Shown here: one piece after another, positions 61,549-64,000 of the stretch
How the letters are laid out: the number at the start of each line of letters is the position of its first letter
Position numbering within the stretch: position 1 is the stretch's first letter
Source: Spirochaetia bacterium
GTDB lineage: Bacteria > Spirochaetota > Spirochaetia > DSM-16054 > Sediminispirochaetaceae
Reading direction: 5' to 3'
Length of the DNA: 64,000 nt
Assembly: GCA_034520965.1 (NCBI GenBank)
Contig: JAXHMY010000001.1
Coordinates: 672,001 to 736,000, forward strand
Translations under genes and position numbers: made by a program
Notes under the pieces: generated by a model
Databases searched by the model: none
What the model was told of the DNA's origin: nothing
What the model saw: the letters and a program-made list of their open reading frames with translations, nothing else

Positions 61549-64000
61549 TCATAAAAAATACTCTACCCCGGCCCGGAAGAGCCCCTGGTCCTTCCGTCCG
61601 GGAACATTAATCGCCACTCCCTCACCGATTCGCTCGGAATGGCCCATTTTACCCAGCACCCGCCCGTCGGGACTGCTGATTCCCTCAATCGCCGCCATCG
61701 AGCCGTTGGGGTTGTCCGGAAACTCCAGGGTGGGCGTACCATCGGCATCACAGTATTGAAAGACCACCTGACCCCGACTGAATAATGTTTCAATTTCTTT
61801 TTTGGGGAAAAGTAGCGTCCCTCCCCATGGCTGACCGGCAGGGTATGGACATCCCCCACCGAGAGGGCCCTGAGCCAGGGTGAGCGCTGGGAAACTGTCA
61901 CCGTTTTCACCTGACGGGATACATGCCGGCCCACTGAGTTGGGCGCCAGCGTAGGCATCTGCGGCGAGGGGCTGCGGTAATCCCCATAGGGCAGCAGCCC
62001 CGTCCGCAGCAGCGCCTGAAAGCCGTTGCAGATACCCAGAACCAGGCCGTCCCGCCGCTCCAACAGCTCCGTCACCGCCTCCATTACCGCGGGGCTGCGC
62101 AGCACCGCCGCAATGTACTTTCCCGCCCCGGCCGGCTCGTCGCCGGCGCTAAAGCCACCGGGAAGCATCAGAATCTGGGCCTGCCGAATCCGGCGGGCCA
62201 GCTGCTCAATCGACTCCTCAACCTGGGGCAGCTGCTTGTTCCGAAACAGCAGCAGCTCCGTCTGTGCCCCGGCGGACTGAAACCGGTCAGCCGACTCATC
62301 CTCGCAGTTGGTTCCAGGAAAGACCGGCAGCAGCACCCGGGGCAGCCCAATCCGGCCCCCCGCCCTGAGCCGAGGGCGGGGCCGGGGGCGCTCCTGCGAA
62401 GCGTGGAGGCCACCACGCTTCCTAGAAGCCGGTCCCTCCGCCGGCTCGGCATGCATGGGAAACACATCGGCCAGGGGTTCCTGCCAGGCCCGCAGGAGTT
62501 CATCCAGAGGGTAGCCGTCCAGCACAGGCTCCGCTGTCGTCCGGCCAAGCCGCTGCAGGCACAGCCCTTCCGGCGTCTGCGGGAGGGTTGTGGATGACTT
62601 GAGTTCCAGCACAAAGGAGCCGTAGCGGGCCTCCCGGGACAACTCGCCCTCGAACCGAGCGCCGATAAAATTGCCAAAGGCCATCTCGCTTACCGCCGCT
62701 GCTATCCCGCCCTGGCGAATACTCCGGCAGGCTGTCACAATCCCCTCGCGAATCAGGCGGTGCAGATACTCAAGACCTCGGCGCAGCGCCGGCAGTGCAA
62801 CTATCTGCTCGGCCCCCGGCCGGCCGTCCATTTCAACCTGCAGCAGCAGCAGCTCGCGGCCGGGGGCCTTAAACTCCGGAGATATCACATTTTTCAGCTC
62901 TCCGGCGGCCACGGCAAAGGCAGCCAGAGTGGGCGGAACACTAAGCTCTTCAAAACTGCCGGACATGCTGTCCTTCCCGCCGACCGCTGGGGTACCCAGC
63001 TCGATCTGTGCCCGGTAGGCCCCTAACAAGGCGGCAAAGGGCCTGCCCCATTTGTACGGATCCCCGCCCAGGCGCTCAAAATACTCCTGCAGCGACAGAC
63101 GTACCCGCGCCGGGTCGGCGCCGGCGGCAGTTATCCGACAGACCGCCTCCACCACCGCATTGATGCCCCCAAGGTAGGGGCTGCGGGCGGCGGTATCGGG
63201 ATTGTACCCGGCCGCCATAAAGCTGACCGTCGAGGTGGCCCCGCCGGGCACGGGCAACTTGGCAACCATCGCTTCTGTGGGTGTCAGCCCGCGGGCGCCG
63301 CCAAAGGGCAGCAGCACGCTGCGTGCCCCGATGGTCGAGTCGAACTGCTCCGCAAGCCCCTGCTGACCGGCACAGTTGAGCTCGCGAAACAGCTCTATCC
63401 AGCCCCGGTTGCCGGAGGGGGGTGCGGCGGCGGTCGCTGCAGGCTGAGGCGCAGCCGGAGGAGCCGAAATACACACTTTTGCATGCCGGGGCGCGCCGCT
63501 GCTGTCCAGAAACTCGCGGCTGAGGTCTACGATAGCCTCTCCCCGCCAGTACATCCGCAGCCGCCCATGGCTTCGCACCACGGCTATCTCCGTCGCAGTA
63601 AGGTTCTCCCGGGCAGCCGCTTCGATCAGCCGGTCCCGGTGGGCCGGGTCGGCCACAATCGCCATCCTTTCCTGGGACTCGGAAATGGCCAACTCGATGC
63701 CGTCCAGACCGGCATATTTTTTCGGCACCCTATCCAGATCGATATCCAGGCCCTCGGCCAGCTCGCCCACCGCCACCGCTATCCCGCCGGCGCCGAAGTC
63801 GTTGCTCCGTTTGATGCAATCGGCCACCTCCGGCCGCCGGAAGTAGCGCTGCAGGGCCCGCTCCTCCGGAGGATTCCCCTTCTGCACCTCCGCGGCCGCA
63901 GTCCGTACCGACTCGCTGCTGTGCCCCTTGGACGAACCGGTGGCCCCGCCGATTCCGTCGCGGCCGGTGGCTCCCCCAACCAGCAACACGATGTCACCGG
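61549..64000 (-). CDS. purL: Fused-type phosphoribosylformylglycinamidine synthase, 5' part outside window, frameshift near 61800
   Basis: GRDGIGGATGSS, DFGAGG, SESQERM, GGKDSMSG, FPGTNCE, PGGFSAGD, LGICNGFQ, SHGEG, NPNGS, GKMGHSER. Confidence 0.95.

Overview
Gene-dense 64 kb bacterial chromosome segment, probably from an anaerobic, salt-adapted member of the Spirochaetia (inferred from gene content only). It carries a MoxR-DUF58-BatA/BatB operon, acnB, a BCCT betaine transporter with an orphan binding protein, a GH116 glycosidase, gdhA, a K+-dependent membrane pyrophosphatase, gltBD, mutM and a purL-E-C-F-M-N-D operon cut by the right edge. No rRNA, tRNA, CRISPR array, integrase or transposase was recognised. 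At least 11 genes are frameshifted, mostly at short homopolymers, which looks like long-read consensus error rather than decay. The best candidate for an undescribed system is the minus-strand cluster at 28069-36016: FkbM methyltransferase, acyl-CoA ligase, atypical enolase-superfamily enzyme, atypical TtcA-like ATP pyrophosphatase, H-NOX/V4R-like-GAF-HD-GYP sensor and LpxL-like acyltransferase, with related inverted repeats upstream of two genes. It may make a lipid-derived molecule and sense it through cyclic-dinucleotide turnover. Other leads: a catalytically dead trypsin-like protein behind the BCCT/binding-protein pair, an XRE-cupin-phosphotransacylase fusion divergent from gdhA, a twin-hairpin element at 18.9 kb, a duplicated-domain lipoprotein, and low-complexity insertions in five Pur enzymes. 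All family calls come from motif recognition by eye, without database searches.
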